Virus record (IMG/VR): IMGVR_UViG_3300029448_000002
Direction: 5' to 3' (one strand)
From: an uncultured virus (IMG/VR IMGVR_UViG_3300029448_000002)
Lineage: Duplodnaviria; Heunggongvirae; Uroviricota; Caudoviricetes
DNA length: 64,000 nucleotides
A program made the position numbers and the translations under genes. Shown here piece after piece: positions 36,145 through 46,359 of the stretch. Each line of letters starts with the position of its first letter. The stretch's first letter is position 1. The notes under the pieces were generated by a model. It had not been told where the DNA came from, made no database searches, and saw nothing but the letters and a program-made list of their open reading frames with translations.

Positions 36145-37299
36145 TTACCTCGTATGTTTGTTGATTATACTGCAAACGAATTCTATTTCATCTGACTTCA
36201 ACTTTTGATGATTTGGAACATACAAACCATAGTCGTGAATAACATCTGCAAATGGATAATTTTTCATTCCATACCTTTCATAGAAGAACGGCTGCTTACC
36301 CATATTGCCCGCAATAAGCGGTCTACACTCAATTTTGTTATCCATCAGATCGTTTACAATTTTGTCTCTCTCTGGGTGAATAATAGGATACGCAAAGTTT
36401 GAGACAAATTCAAAATTACTATCATCAATTTTCCAAAAACTATTTTTAATTAGCCTGTCGTACAGTTTGTAGTTTTTGTTTCTAGCAAAACAAATATCAT
36501 TTAATTTTTCTATTTGTCCAAGACCAATGAAGGCTTGTAAGTCTGTCGATCTTAGATTGAATCCCGGATAGTAAAAGGTGTAAAGATTTCTAAAATCATC
36601 AATCGAGTGTTTTGACTTCAATTTGATTTGTGTAGAAACATCTAAATCTCTTGACCATCCGTGAGAACGTATGCTCTTGATAACATTGTAAAAGTCGGTG
36701 TCGTTTGTGCAAACGAAACCACCTTCGATTGTTGAGAAATGATGTCCGAAGTAAGTGCTAAAGGAAGATGCAAAACCAAAGTTTCCTGTTTTGACACCAC
36801 CGTATGTGCTACCTACAGTTTCACAAGAGTCTTCGATCAGAAGAACATCATATTTTTCACACAACCCTTGAATTTCATTCATTTGGTTTGGGAAGCCCAA
36901 AGCGTGTACCAACATCAGAACGGACGGGTTTTGCTCTTTGAAAATGACCTCAAGGTGCATCAGGTCTAAACCAAGTGTTTCTTTATCTGTATCACAAAGA
37001 ATAGGAGTCAAACCAAATTGAATCGCAGGTGATACTGTTGTCACCCAAGACAAACAAGGAAAAACAATTTTCTTATTTTTGAGTTTTTCCGAAATGATCA
37101 GCGAGTAAATTATAGCAAGATTGGCAGAAGAGCCAGAGTTTACAAAGACTGCGTGCTTGCATCCAATCCAATCTGCCCATTTACTTTCAAATTGTTCAGT
37201 CAAATCACCTTTGGTGAGTCTTGGATTTGTTTCGATCCACTTAGACAACTTTACTAGATCACTTGAGTCAATAGTATCTTCAACAAGTTTAATTTTCAA
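36145..37299 (-). CDS. colD: DegT/DnrJ-fold PLP enzyme, ColD-like GDP-4-keto-6-deoxymannose 3-dehydratase
   Basis: VNSGSSANL, IEDSCE, STYFGHHFSTIEGG (His at the usual PLP-Lys position), RSHGW, PGFNLR; TTG start. Confidence 0.75.
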   Translation of the reverse strand: MKIKLVEDTIDSSDLVKLSKWIETNPRLTKGDLTEQFESKWADWIGCKHAVFVNSGSSANLAIIYSLIISEKLKNKKIVFPCLSWVTTVSPAIQFGLTPILCDTDKETLGLDLMHLEVIFKEQNPSVLMLVHALGFPNQMNEIQGLCEKYDVLLIEDSCETVGSTYGGVKTGNFGFASSFSTYFGHHFSTIEGGFVCTNDTDFYNVIKSIRSHGWSRDLDVSTQIKLKSKHSIDDFRNLYTFYYPGFNLRSTDLQAFIGLGQIEKLNDICFARNKNYKLYDRLIKNSFWKIDDSNFEFVSNFAYPIIHPERDKIVNDLMDNKIECRPLIAGNMGKQPFFYERYGMKNYPFADVIHDYGLYVPNHQKLKSDEIEFVCSIINKHTR

Positions 37300-37300
37300 A

Positions 37301-38197
37301 TTACAACCTCGCCTTACTATAATTTTCCACAAACCAGTTTATGGTTGTATCAATACAATCATTGAAGTTTGACAATTCAACACCTGTATTCAAACTTTCA
37401 AACAAAGAGGTATCAGAACTTCTTGTGAGTTGTCCATCTGGAATCGTTTTATCCCAAACAACTTCGAGTTCAAATTTTTCAGAAATTAACTTAGCAACTT
37501 CTGAGATCGAAACACTCTTGGGTGGTGAGACAATCAAAGGGGTTTCGCTGTTATAATTTTTCAGCATCCACTCAATGACTTTAGCACAGTCATATGAATA
37601 AAGGAATTCACGTTTTGCTAAACCAGAACCACCCACAACCAATTTTCCGTCAGTAGATTCATATGCCTTTCTAATCAGTGCTGGTATAACGTGACACTCA
37701 TCAAGATTGAAATTATCTCTTGGTCCAAACATATTGCACGGAATGATTGTTGTGCAATTAATGTCATACTGTTGTCGTACTGCATTTGACATAACAAGAA
37801 GTAATCGTTTTGAATAGGCATACCCATAGTTTGTTGGGTGTGGAAAGCCCTCGTAAATACTTCGATGATCAAATGGTTCTTTAGCATTTGCAGGAAAAAC
37901 ACAGGTAGACAAAACAGAAACAATATTTTTTACACCACACTCAATAGAAGCCTTGAATACGTTATTGTTAATTTCTGTATTTTCTGAAAGCATATCTGCG
38001 TTGTGTTCGATATTATACTTAAGACCACCTACCTTTGCTGCACAGTGAATAATTTGACTGACATTGTTTTCCTTCATATAATGCAAGAGGTCTTGGTAAT
38101 TGAGCAAGTTCAATTCATCTTGGCTTGGTTTCAATCCGCCCGAAATACAAGAACCAAGCATACCTTGACCACCAGTCACCAAAACATTTTCTAACAT
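37301..38197 (-). CDS. GDP-L-fucose/colitose synthase (Fcl/ColC-like)
   Basis: VTGGQGMLG, HCAAKVGG, STCVFP, YAYSKR, HVIPALIRK, REFLY. Confidence 0.9.
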   Translation of the reverse strand: MLENVLVTGGQGMLGSCISGGLKPSQDELNLLNYQDLLHYMKENNVSQIIHCAAKVGGLKYNIEHNADMLSENTEINNNVFKASIECGVKNIVSVLSTCVFPANAKEPFDHRSIYEGFPHPTNYGYAYSKRLLLVMSNAVRQQYDINCTTIIPCNMFGPRDNFNLDECHVIPALIRKAYESTDGKLVVGGSGLAKREFLYSYDCAKVIEWMLKNYNSETPLIVSPPKSVSISEVAKLISEKFELEVVWDKTIPDGQLTRSSDTSLFESLNTGVELSNFNDCIDTTINWFVENYSKARL

Positions 38198-38198
38198 A

Positions 38199-38663
38199 TT
38201 AGACTCCTGTGCTTCCGAATCCACCATCGCGTCCTCCGCGTGGCATCGGGCGTTCTTCAACCCATTCAACTTTTGTAGAAATGTTTTTTACCAATTCACA
38301 CTGAGCAACTCTATCACCATCCCGAATGTGAAAAATTTTGTCCGTGTTGTTAACCATTGGCACAAAAACTTCTTCGACGTAATCAGAGTCAATGATACCC
38401 TCTGATACGGATAAGCCGATTCCTTTTTTAGCAGCCATTCCAGATCGTGTATGAATACGAACAGAATAACCGTCAGGAATTTTCATAATAAATCCTGTTG
38501 GAACAAGCACTCGCTCGTTTGGATTTAATTTTAGTGGCTCATCAACACAAGCGTGAAGATCAAAACAGGCTGCACCCTCTGTCTTCTTTTCGGGGAGCCT
38601 TGCTTTTGGATGAAGTGAGTAAAAACCAATCGTATGTGGTGTGGTGAATTCACATTGAATCAT
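38199..38663 (-). CDS. dut: dUTPase
   Basis: AACFDL, RSG, GIIDSDY, GDRVAQ, RDGGFGSTG. Confidence 0.95.
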   Translation of the reverse strand: MIQCEFTTPHTIGFYSLHPKARLPEKKTEGAACFDLHACVDEPLKLNPNERVLVPTGFIMKIPDGYSVRIHTRSGMAAKKGIGLSVSEGIIDSDYVEEVFVPMVNNTDKIFHIRDGDRVAQCELVKNISTKVEWVEERPMPRGGRDGGFGSTGV

Positions 38664-38677
38664 AATAAAAAATACTC

Positions 38678-38902
38678 CTATACTTGATACGTTTCGGTCG
38701 TGTCCGAGCGTTGCTGAATGATTATACTCTGCGGCTCGGTCAAGTAAAGGGTAATCTTGGAATCATCTTTCTTTTGTATAATGAGATTCGTTTGCTCTCC
38801 GGTGATCACTGATTCGCGTGGGGTTTCAATTTCTAAAATATTTTTCCCCTCGTTACCAGTGATGACGGACTCACGTTTTGTTTCAATTTCTATCTTGTTC
38901 AT
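38678..38902 (-). CDS. small protein with tandem EIET(K/P)RESVITG repeat
   Basis: ORF; internal repeat. Confidence 0.55.
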   Translation of the reverse strand: MNKIEIETKRESVITGNEGKNILEIETPRESVITGEQTNLIIQKKDDSKITLYLTEPQSIIIQQRSDTTETYQV

Positions 38903-39321
38903 CGGGTAATGTTCGCCGTTGCTTCAAATCTACCTTGGAACACACGGGTGACTTCCTCGCCATTCACAAGTTCAAAGTCATAGAACATTCTGCCAGTCGG
39001 GAGATATGATGATGAAACTGCATCAAACTGAACGTAGATACCACCTGTGGTTCCGGCTGCTCCAGAGTTAGAACCATTGAGTGTGATACCTCCGGTTCCA
39101 CCGACTCCAGCACCAACGGCAAACTCTCCGGTTGAACCACCACTTGTCACACCAGAGCCAGTGATGAACAGCGTGAGTTGCGTATCGTCAGGACTACGAC
39201 GAACCTGCATTCGTGCGGACTGACCAGCCAGATTGATTGCCCCACCAGTCGCGGACTTGTAGAGTGCGTGAAACTTGAACGTGGTTCCTTTGTCGTGAGT
39301 GATGGTGTATTCGGCAGCCAT
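38899..39321 (-). CDS. putative virion structural protein (fibre adaptor-like)
   Basis: GTTF..INL.G.SARMQVR..YDFEL..VTRVFQG pattern; late promoter at 39337-39344. Confidence 0.6.
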   Translation of the reverse strand: MAAEYTITHDKGTTFKFHALYKSATGGAINLAGQSARMQVRRSPDDTQLTLFITGSGVTSGGSTGEFAVGAGVGGTGGITLNGSNSGAAGTTGGIYVQFDAVSSSYLPTGRMFYDFELVNGEEVTRVFQGRFEATANITR

Positions 39322-39339
39322 AAGATTCTCCTATCCTAT

Positions 39340-40473
39340 TTAGGAAACTGAAACAAACTCAAAATCTTCGTTTTGAACCGCACCGAAGTTTGATGTAAAG
39401 AATCCTGCTTTGTAAAGACTACTGTTTCTATCAATTCCCTTTGTTGGGTCGTTGTCAACAAAAGGATTGCCTGTATAGAGAACAACGTGATCTGTTGGTG
39501 TGTCTCCAAAGCCATTGAAACGATTCGCAGCCGAAATCACATCCGAGTTCATTGCATTGTTTGAAAAGCAAGCCACGGCTGTGTTCGTTGCATCTGAGTT
39601 GAGAAACCCTTTCGCAGATGAGTCACCAGCGAAGAAAAGATTTTGTGTAAACATATTTGCATATGCGTCGGTGTCATTTGGTTGCTCGGTGATTTCAATA
39701 CCAGTGGTTTGAAAGTTGAATATGGTATTTCCTGCACAGAATGTGCCTCTTTGTTCGTTTGAACCACTTCCCTCTTGTGCGAGTGTCATTTGAATGCCCA
39801 TATCTAAATCAACACTGTCGGCAGTGTTTGGCATAATTACATTACCAACACAGGAAAACCCAAAGAAACGGCTACTGTTTTCAATACCCTTGGCTCCTTT
39901 GATTAGATTATAGCAAATGACTCCACCACGAAGATTTGAACCAAAAATTACTGCGGTGGTTGAACCATATGAGGGAGCAGCAGCAGACACTTCACAGTTT
40001 ATGATTGTGCAATCCTGTGTGTAGCGTATCGCTCCACGGTCTGCTGTAGTGTTTAGATTATGAACCTTGCAGTTTTCAATCACATTTGTCATACCTTGAC
40101 TGAGTATGCAGCCGTTGGTATCGCTTCTTGAATACTGAACATCAAAGTTGCGAAGAATCACTCCATCGGCATTTGAGTTCAACCGAATCTGACCATTACC
40201 ACTATGACCAATCTGAAACTTACCGTTGTCGCCAATGGTTGTTTCATAACCTTCAAGAATCGTTTTCTTTGTGGTGTCGGCAAAGGTGGCATTCAAGTCA
40301 ATGGTTGCATTCACTCTTGATGATGTGCGTTTAAAATACATATGCACACCGGGACCGTTAGATTCAATGTAAGTCTCGGCAGCAGAAACAGTCTGAAAAG
40401 CATTTGCTTCTGAACTTCCGTCATTATCTCCACTGGCTAAATCTGGATTGCAGTATCTTACGTCAAATGCCAT
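39340..40473 (-). CDS. putative right-handed beta-helix (tailspike/fibre-like) protein
   Basis: Repeated IENC/IINC/GNVI/GNTI beta-helix rungs; Asn/Gly/Thr rich. Confidence 0.6.
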   Translation of the reverse strand: MAFDVRYCNPDLASGDNDGSSEANAFQTVSAAETYIESNGPGVHMYFKRTSSRVNATIDLNATFADTTKKTILEGYETTIGDNGKFQIGHSGNGQIRLNSNADGVILRNFDVQYSRSDTNGCILSQGMTNVIENCKVHNLNTTADRGAIRYTQDCTIINCEVSAAAPSYGSTTAVIFGSNLRGGVICYNLIKGAKGIENSSRFFGFSCVGNVIMPNTADSVDLDMGIQMTLAQEGSGSNEQRGTFCAGNTIFNFQTTGIEITEQPNDTDAYANMFTQNLFFAGDSSAKGFLNSDATNTAVACFSNNAMNSDVISAANRFNGFGDTPTDHVVLYTGNPFVDNDPTKGIDRNSSLYKAGFFTSNFGAVQNEDFEFVSVS

Positions 40474-40475
40474 TG

Positions 40476-42743
40476 TTACCTACTTTCAAAAGTCAAGAAT
40501 GCCTGTGCCGCAGACGCACCAGAGTTATTGCTAAAAATATCAAGAAGAATAAAGTTTCCTGCCGTAACGCTCGCCTGATTGAAAACTGTTGATGATCCGG
40601 TGAGACCCTCAATGCCGAGAGAGCATCCTGTGATTCCGCTGGTCAACGGATTTCCAAAGTCGGCTCCGGCGATTCTGATCGCAGCCGTCAGCCCACCAGT
40701 GGCATTTGTCTTCACATCAAAGTTTTTCAGAGTTGCGTTGTAGGGAATACGATACAGTGAATTTGTTTTTGCCCCAGTGGCGATTGCCGAAGATGCGTCA
40801 ATGGTGAATGTAGCGACATCTGTGTTGCGACGATAGTTGTCATCAAAATGCTCTACCTGTGATCCGCCCGGTGCTGTGACTTTCAATCCAGAGTCATCAA
40901 GACTAATTTTTGTTGATGCGTTTACCTCGTCTAGATCACCAATCAAAAATGTGGTCAAATCATCACCGACTTCAAAGAATTTACCAGAAACCACCCTTAG
41001 CCGATTATTACCTTGTGTAAATTCTACACCATCACTGGCACCAGTGCCGTGTTGCAGTGTAATTTTATCGGATGCAGAGAGTTTCACATCATCACTGGAT
41101 TGAAGACTAATATCATCTGCCGCTTTGATAGTAACATCTTGTGCAGATGACATATCAATATGAGTCGTGGTTTCATTACCCTTCTGGAAAATCTTGCCAC
41201 CGTCAACGACAAAGTTATTTGCTTCTAATGTTCCACCCGAAATGCCAACGACACCACCAGCAGGAGCCAAGTTGATATTACCAGTGCCAGAGTAAATATT
41301 GGCATCTGTCTGATCGTGTTCAAGGCGAATATAATCATTTGCGTTGGTTGAGTCAGAGGAGTAAACAAGGAATTGAGGGTTAGTCATTCCAAGTGCGGTT
41401 TTATCAGAGGTGGACATTGAACGATCACCGTCAGCAAGGTCTGCTTTTCTAATAACAGCAAAGTGACCGTTGTTCCCATTTACACCCATTCCAATGGTTC
41501 CGTCACCATTATTGTTCTGTTGCATTCCTCTATCTGCACCTGAGTTAAACATAAATCTAACCACTGATGAGGCAGCGTCAGTCCCCAAAACAATGTCAGA
41601 GTCAAATCTGATAGCGTTTGATACTTGTGATCCATCCTCCTCAATCGCAGTAATGATAGGACCGAATCCCCATTCGGTTGAGTCGATTTCAAGACCATAG
41701 TGGTTTCCACCCGAATCGTTTGGAAGAATTTGAATTGATCCGTCTGGGTTGTTGCGAATCACTTCACCATTATCAAAAGTAATAGCGGATGGACCGGAGA
41801 TGCCTGCACACGGCAGAATCAGGGTGTCTGTGACAACTGCACCCGTATTTCCGTTCACAGAAATTACAAATGAGTCAGTTGTAACCGAGGTTGCAGATGA
41901 TTGGAATGTTCCATCGGCAAAGGTGATGCCACCCGCGTCAAGTGAAATACCCAGTCTTGCCTCCACGACATTCGGAACATCATTCACACGACCTGCACCT
42001 GACACGATGAATGTTCCTGTGGATGCGTGAATTCTACCGACACGACCAACGTTCTGAATGAGATCACTTGCACCTGTTGGTCTTGCCGATGTGATGCCAC
42101 CACCAGAAGCAACATACGCAGTTTGATTTACGGCAAAGCCAGTGGTATCAACTTTACGCACCGTTCCGAGAACAGTCATCATACCTTCTTGATTGGTGGT
42201 AAAGTCAGAGAAGACAATACCGGCAGCAGGCATTTTTGCTGGATCGGATGCGTCTGCTCTTGCAACTTCAACTCGACCGGACGCACCGACTGAACCGCTG
42301 ATGTAGACAGGATCATTTGCAGTCAGAGGTTCTGTTGCCTTGATGTCTTTTACAATCTGTCCGAGCAGTCCACCATCATTTATATCAATCACACCACCCG
42401 TATCAAAGTGAACATCCGTTCCGTCAAAGGTGAAGTTACTAGAGCCAGAGATGCCGGTTCCGCTGTGATAGATAATTTGATTTGTGGTCACACCAGAGGC
42501 AACTTCTCCGATGAAGCCTGCGAAAGACTCAACGTAATCACCAACGGGTCCGGTTGCACCTGCGGGACCAGTGGCTCCTGTCGCTCCCCTTGAACCATCT
42601 TGACCGGCTCTACCTTGTGGTCCTGCTGGTCCCTGTACCTTTGGTCGAATTTTATTCCAAACCGATCCGTTATATTTCCACTGTTGATAGCCAACTGTGA
42701 CAACATCACCACGAACTGGGTTTTTTGGAAAGTTGAAGGGCAT
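40476..42743 (-). CDS. tail-fibre-like protein with collagen-like repeat
   Basis: N-terminal FNFP..W.YNGSVW; (Gxy)n GPAGPQGRAGQDGSRGATGATGPAGATGP; Gly/Ser/Thr rich. Confidence 0.7.
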   Translation of the reverse strand: MPFNFPKNPVRGDVVTVGYQQWKYNGSVWNKIRPKVQGPAGPQGRAGQDGSRGATGATGPAGATGPVGDYVESFAGFIGEVASGVTTNQIIYHSGTGISGSSNFTFDGTDVHFDTGGVIDINDGGLLGQIVKDIKATEPLTANDPVYISGSVGASGRVEVARADASDPAKMPAAGIVFSDFTTNQEGMMTVLGTVRKVDTTGFAVNQTAYVASGGGITSARPTGASDLIQNVGRVGRIHASTGTFIVSGAGRVNDVPNVVEARLGISLDAGGITFADGTFQSSATSVTTDSFVISVNGNTGAVVTDTLILPCAGISGPSAITFDNGEVIRNNPDGSIQILPNDSGGNHYGLEIDSTEWGFGPIITAIEEDGSQVSNAIRFDSDIVLGTDAASSVVRFMFNSGADRGMQQNNNGDGTIGMGVNGNNGHFAVIRKADLADGDRSMSTSDKTALGMTNPQFLVYSSDSTNANDYIRLEHDQTDANIYSGTGNINLAPAGGVVGISGGTLEANNFVVDGGKIFQKGNETTTHIDMSSAQDVTIKAADDISLQSSDDVKLSASDKITLQHGTGASDGVEFTQGNNRLRVVSGKFFEVGDDLTTFLIGDLDEVNASTKISLDDSGLKVTAPGGSQVEHFDDNYRRNTDVATFTIDASSAIATGAKTNSLYRIPYNATLKNFDVKTNATGGLTAAIRIAGADFGNPLTSGITGCSLGIEGLTGSSTVFNQASVTAGNFILLDIFSNNSGASAAQAFLTFESR

Positions 42744-44050
42744 TAACGACTCCTAGATTTTCTCCTCTTATCTATTCGCCTTTTACTGACCTTTTTTTCT
42801 TGCTCTTTCTTTTTGCGAAGAATGGCTCTCTGTTGTTTTTCTTCTTCACTTTCTTTTTGCTTTTGTAATTCTTGTTCTCTCTGTTGCTGTTGACGATTAG
42901 CCAAAATCTTTTTGTATTCATTGAAGTTGGTTTCAACGCGAGAGCGATGTTCAGGAGGCAACTTGTTTTCTTTCAAAAGTTTTTCACAACTCATATAACC
43001 AAGTTCAAAGTCTTCTGCCTTCCAGCAAGTAGCACCGAGTTCGTCCCAGATACCCCAGTCGTAAACCGAAGAATCAATAAACAAAATATCTTGTTTTGGT
43101 GTGCAGCCAATCGCACCTTTCATCAAAAGATAGCAAAGATTATCATTGCCATTCAGGCGATGAGTTTTGGCAAGGTGGAACAAAGGCTCTGCACGATGAG
43201 GACGAAGATTGTATGCCTGCAAGAAGTGATCCTGTGCCTCGGCAAAGTTCTTACCAATGTAAAGTTTACACAACCCAATTCGGAAAACACAGAACCATTG
43301 CTCTTCTTCCCAGCCACCCATCTCGGCACGTTTGGTGTACCATTCAATCGCCTTCTCCCATTCTTGAGCATCAAAATATGATTGACCAATGTAGAAGTGG
43401 TATCTCATATTGTTTGGTTCATAGTTAGGATTTTCTGGATTGACCAAACAATCAATCAGTGTTTCTGCATCTTTTCTATACTTCGCACACTGGTCCTCAC
43501 CAAACTGTTGCGTCCTGTTCCCCATCGTTCGGGCTTCAATTTGATAATCGCCAGAGAGTCTCGCACCCTTATAGTTTCCGTTGTTTTTTTCACGGGCAGA
43601 CTCACAGTCAGCATATTCGTGAAGAACACCAATGTATTTCCAGCCGATTCCATTCTTGAAAATTTGGTTTCTCCACCACTTCAAACCACCTCTTTCGATT
43701 TGAAGAGCGTAAACATCCAAGTCATCTTTGTGATGTTTCTCCCATCCCATTGTACCGATCAGTCTATCGTCTGCATCAATCACCCAAGAGTAATCAGCAC
43801 CACCCTTGTCTGCATTTCTCAGCGACTTGGTTCTTGACTTACCGAAGCCTTCCCACGGTTCATCATAGACTTCACCGGGAATACCTTTTTCATCAAAAAA
43901 TTCTTTGATGATTTCTTTTGTCTTATCAGTCGATCCTGTGTCCGTGATGTCATAGCGATCAATTTCACGATATACTGATTCCAAACATTCACGAATGATA
44001 TGCTCTTCGTCTTTCACAATCATACAAAGCGTCAGCGTTGGTTTGCTCAT
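42743..44050 (-). CDS. GT2 glycosyltransferase with TPR domain
   Basis: LCMIVKDE, DTGSTD, IDADD, GVLHEY, TPR-like helices, RPHRAEPL. Confidence 0.9.
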   Translation of the reverse strand: MSKPTLTLCMIVKDEEHIIRECLESVYREIDRYDITDTGSTDKTKEIIKEFFDEKGIPGEVYDEPWEGFGKSRTKSLRNADKGGADYSWVIDADDRLIGTMGWEKHHKDDLDVYALQIERGGLKWWRNQIFKNGIGWKYIGVLHEYADCESAREKNNGNYKGARLSGDYQIEARTMGNRTQQFGEDQCAKYRKDAETLIDCLVNPENPNYEPNNMRYHFYIGQSYFDAQEWEKAIEWYTKRAEMGGWEEEQWFCVFRIGLCKLYIGKNFAEAQDHFLQAYNLRPHRAEPLFHLAKTHRLNGNDNLCYLLMKGAIGCTPKQDILFIDSSVYDWGIWDELGATCWKAEDFELGYMSCEKLLKENKLPPEHRSRVETNFNEYKKILANRQQQQREQELQKQKESEEEKQQRAILRKKKEQEKKVSKRRIDKRRKSRSR

Positions 44051-44060
44051 AATTACCTCA

Positions 44061-44765
44061 TTAATCTGATCGGATCTCTTGGTGATCCTTGTTCAACGCT
44101 AAGATTTTAGGTTGAATTTTTTCAAAGTCAAGTTTATCTTTCCAATCTGGACAACAATATGCCAACGGCAAAATATTGTCTGGTGGATTATCTATGGCGT
44201 ATCTATTCATATGACTTTCATCGTGCCACTCTGCAACAATACCCTTCTCCTCGTCTGCCAAAACATTCTTGGAAATAGTTTCTGCCATTTTCATAAATGT
44301 CTTGGATGAACCACCATTGAATCCACCTGCATAGTAATTCACACCATCTCCGAAAGGAACATACGCTGTGCTGTTTGGATTTCTATCGTACGACCAGTGA
44401 TTACAGTCTCTTGTTTGATATGACAGAACGTGCTTTGTCAAACAGAGTTCACCGAGAACATCATCGCCTACTGGAGAAATGAATCCCATATCAACATCAG
44501 AGTAAAAAACATAATCGAATTCTTCGATATAATCCCTCTCTTGTATAAAATAATTGTATCGTTTCAGCGTTGGTTCCGGAAAGGGTTTATGCTCAACATA
44601 ACTGTATTTGACTTTGTTTCTCTTCGGAAGGTCTTTGTGGTTTGTGAACAGAAGAAATGAAACATCGTGGTCTGTAAGAAAATACTTTTCCACATCCTCG
44701 TATAGTTTGTCGATGTATCTTACATATTTGTTTGTTGCAATGTTTAACATTAAAATTTTGCTCAT
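44061..44765 (-). CDS. GT6 family alpha-1,3-Gal/GalNAc transferase (ABO-like)
   Basis: IATNKY, DVD, YYAGGFNGG, AEWHDESHMNRY, KILALNK. Confidence 0.9.
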   Translation of the reverse strand: MSKILMLNIATNKYVRYIDKLYEDVEKYFLTDHDVSFLLFTNHKDLPKRNKVKYSYVEHKPFPEPTLKRYNYFIQERDYIEEFDYVFYSDVDMGFISPVGDDVLGELCLTKHVLSYQTRDCNHWSYDRNPNSTAYVPFGDGVNYYAGGFNGGSSKTFMKMAETISKNVLADEEKGIVAEWHDESHMNRYAIDNPPDNILPLAYCCPDWKDKLDFEKIQPKILALNKDHQEIRSD

Positions 44766-45517
44766 ACCATATCTCCAAATACAGACTTCAAATCATACTC
44801 TAACTTTTCCTCATAATTGTCAAAGGAAAAGTTTGTCGCGTTCTCACTGGAACTCTGAAAGAATAATGGTTCATTCAAAACAGAAACATCAAGTCTTTTC
44901 TGACCCTGCTCTGCAAATAAACAGTCGATGTGAACTGGTTTCGGTGACATAAGCGTGTTATCAATCTCATTTGCAATTAGATCAACAAACCTCTTAGAAG
45001 AGTAGTATATCGCGTGAGTCGAAAGCATATTATTAATCTTTCTCGTACCATCTGGTCTTTTGTCTGAGAAACTTAAGTAGTAACCGGAATCCGCATATTC
45101 TGGTGTGCCTTGATTCATATAAACTGCTGTGGTCCTTTCATTGGCTCTGAAAATCTTGGATTGTAGAACTTCACTTTTAATTTTTTTAGGCTCTGCATAA
45201 AGGACTCTCCTAGCAAAAAGTGAAGCACCAAGATAAACAGCATCGTATTGTCCTAACGGTTTCATATCAAATTCAGGATCAAAGAATGATGTTGGCACAC
45301 AGTCATCTTCAAGAATAATAAAGTCGCAATCAGGGGCTTCCTCGAAGACGTTCAAGTATGCCTTTGCACAACCAACGATAGGATTCTCATCCAACACTCC
45401 GGGAATTCGAGTCACATCAGTGAAGTTGTGTTTCTCAAAGAAAGACTCAATACGCTGTCGTCTTTCTTGATGTTTGTCGAGATTGATATAGAATATTTTT
45501 TTGTCACGGATATTCAT
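44762..45517 (-). CDS. GT25-like glycosyltransferase
   Basis: YINLDKHQERR, GCA, IILEDD, THAIYY. Confidence 0.75.
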   Translation of the reverse strand: MNIRDKKIFYINLDKHQERRQRIESFFEKHNFTDVTRIPGVLDENPIVGCAKAYLNVFEEAPDCDFIILEDDCVPTSFFDPEFDMKPLGQYDAVYLGASLFARRVLYAEPKKIKSEVLQSKIFRANERTTAVYMNQGTPEYADSGYYLSFSDKRPDGTRKINNMLSTHAIYYSSKRFVDLIANEIDNTLMSPKPVHIDCLFAEQGQKRLDVSVLNEPLFFQSSSENATNFSFDNYEEKLEYDLKSVFGDMV

Positions 45518-46359
45518 AGATGTTTTCCCATCTGAAAAAGTTTATTTTTTACTTCACCCTTCGTGAATTTTTTATTTATCAAGTCCTTTGTACGATAACA
45601 ATCTTTTCCGTCTGCTGTTACAAATTCAACATCAATACCCATTGCCCTTGCTGGAAGAAAACAGTGAAGTCTAGTGGTGTAAATTTTAGAAACATATTTG
45701 TATTTACTCAGCAAATCACCAGCAGCGTCAATTCTTTCCCTTGGATTGAAAGTCTTGATGTCGTGTCGGTACTGGTTTGAAATAACAGAACCGGCAATCA
45801 TATGTTGATTCAATCTAAAAAGATCATCCCCGTGAACCAGTAATGTTTTACCCGAAAATTCTTTTTCATAGGTTTCGTTATCGGGAACATCTTTTACGTC
45901 AAGACTTGTTGTTAGACAACCACAAAATTCTGCATCAACGCCTTTCTCTTGTAGGAGGTTCAATGTTGTCTTATCACGACACAAGACGGGAGAATGTTGT
46001 TTGATATAATCTATAGAGTCGTCTTCAAAAAGTTCTGGACAATCTTTTGACAAACAAGTTGAGATAAAAATTGGCTTGATGTTTTCGTTTGCATATGGAA
46101 ATTTGACATCATTCATTTTAAAGGATACGTTTTCTCCCTCACCCTCAATGCCGTGCATAAACCATCCATTCATAATCAGATGAATGTCTTCTTGAAGTTC
46201 TACTCTCTGTCCTGTTTCAAAATCATAGACTTTTTCATAGTCGTCTCTCATAACAATGTAAGAGGGTTTTACAATTGTTGATGCAACATAACTCTGAATG
46301 TCATCACCAATATTGATTGTATTGTATCCTAAGACAGCAAATTTTTTAGTTTGTTTCAT
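45514..46359 (-). CDS. polysaccharide pyruvyl-transferase-like protein
   Basis: NIGDDIQS, MNGWF, CRD, GCLT, TTRLHCFLP. Confidence 0.8.
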   Translation of the reverse strand: MKQTKKFAVLGYNTINIGDDIQSYVASTIVKPSYIVMRDDYEKVYDFETGQRVELQEDIHLIMNGWFMHGIEGEGENVSFKMNDVKFPYANENIKPIFISTCLSKDCPELFEDDSIDYIKQHSPVLCRDKTTLNLLQEKGVDAEFCGCLTTSLDVKDVPDNETYEKEFSGKTLLVHGDDLFRLNQHMIAGSVISNQYRHDIKTFNPRERIDAAGDLLSKYKYVSKIYTTRLHCFLPARAMGIDVEFVTADGKDCYRTKDLINKKFTKGEVKNKLFQMGKHL

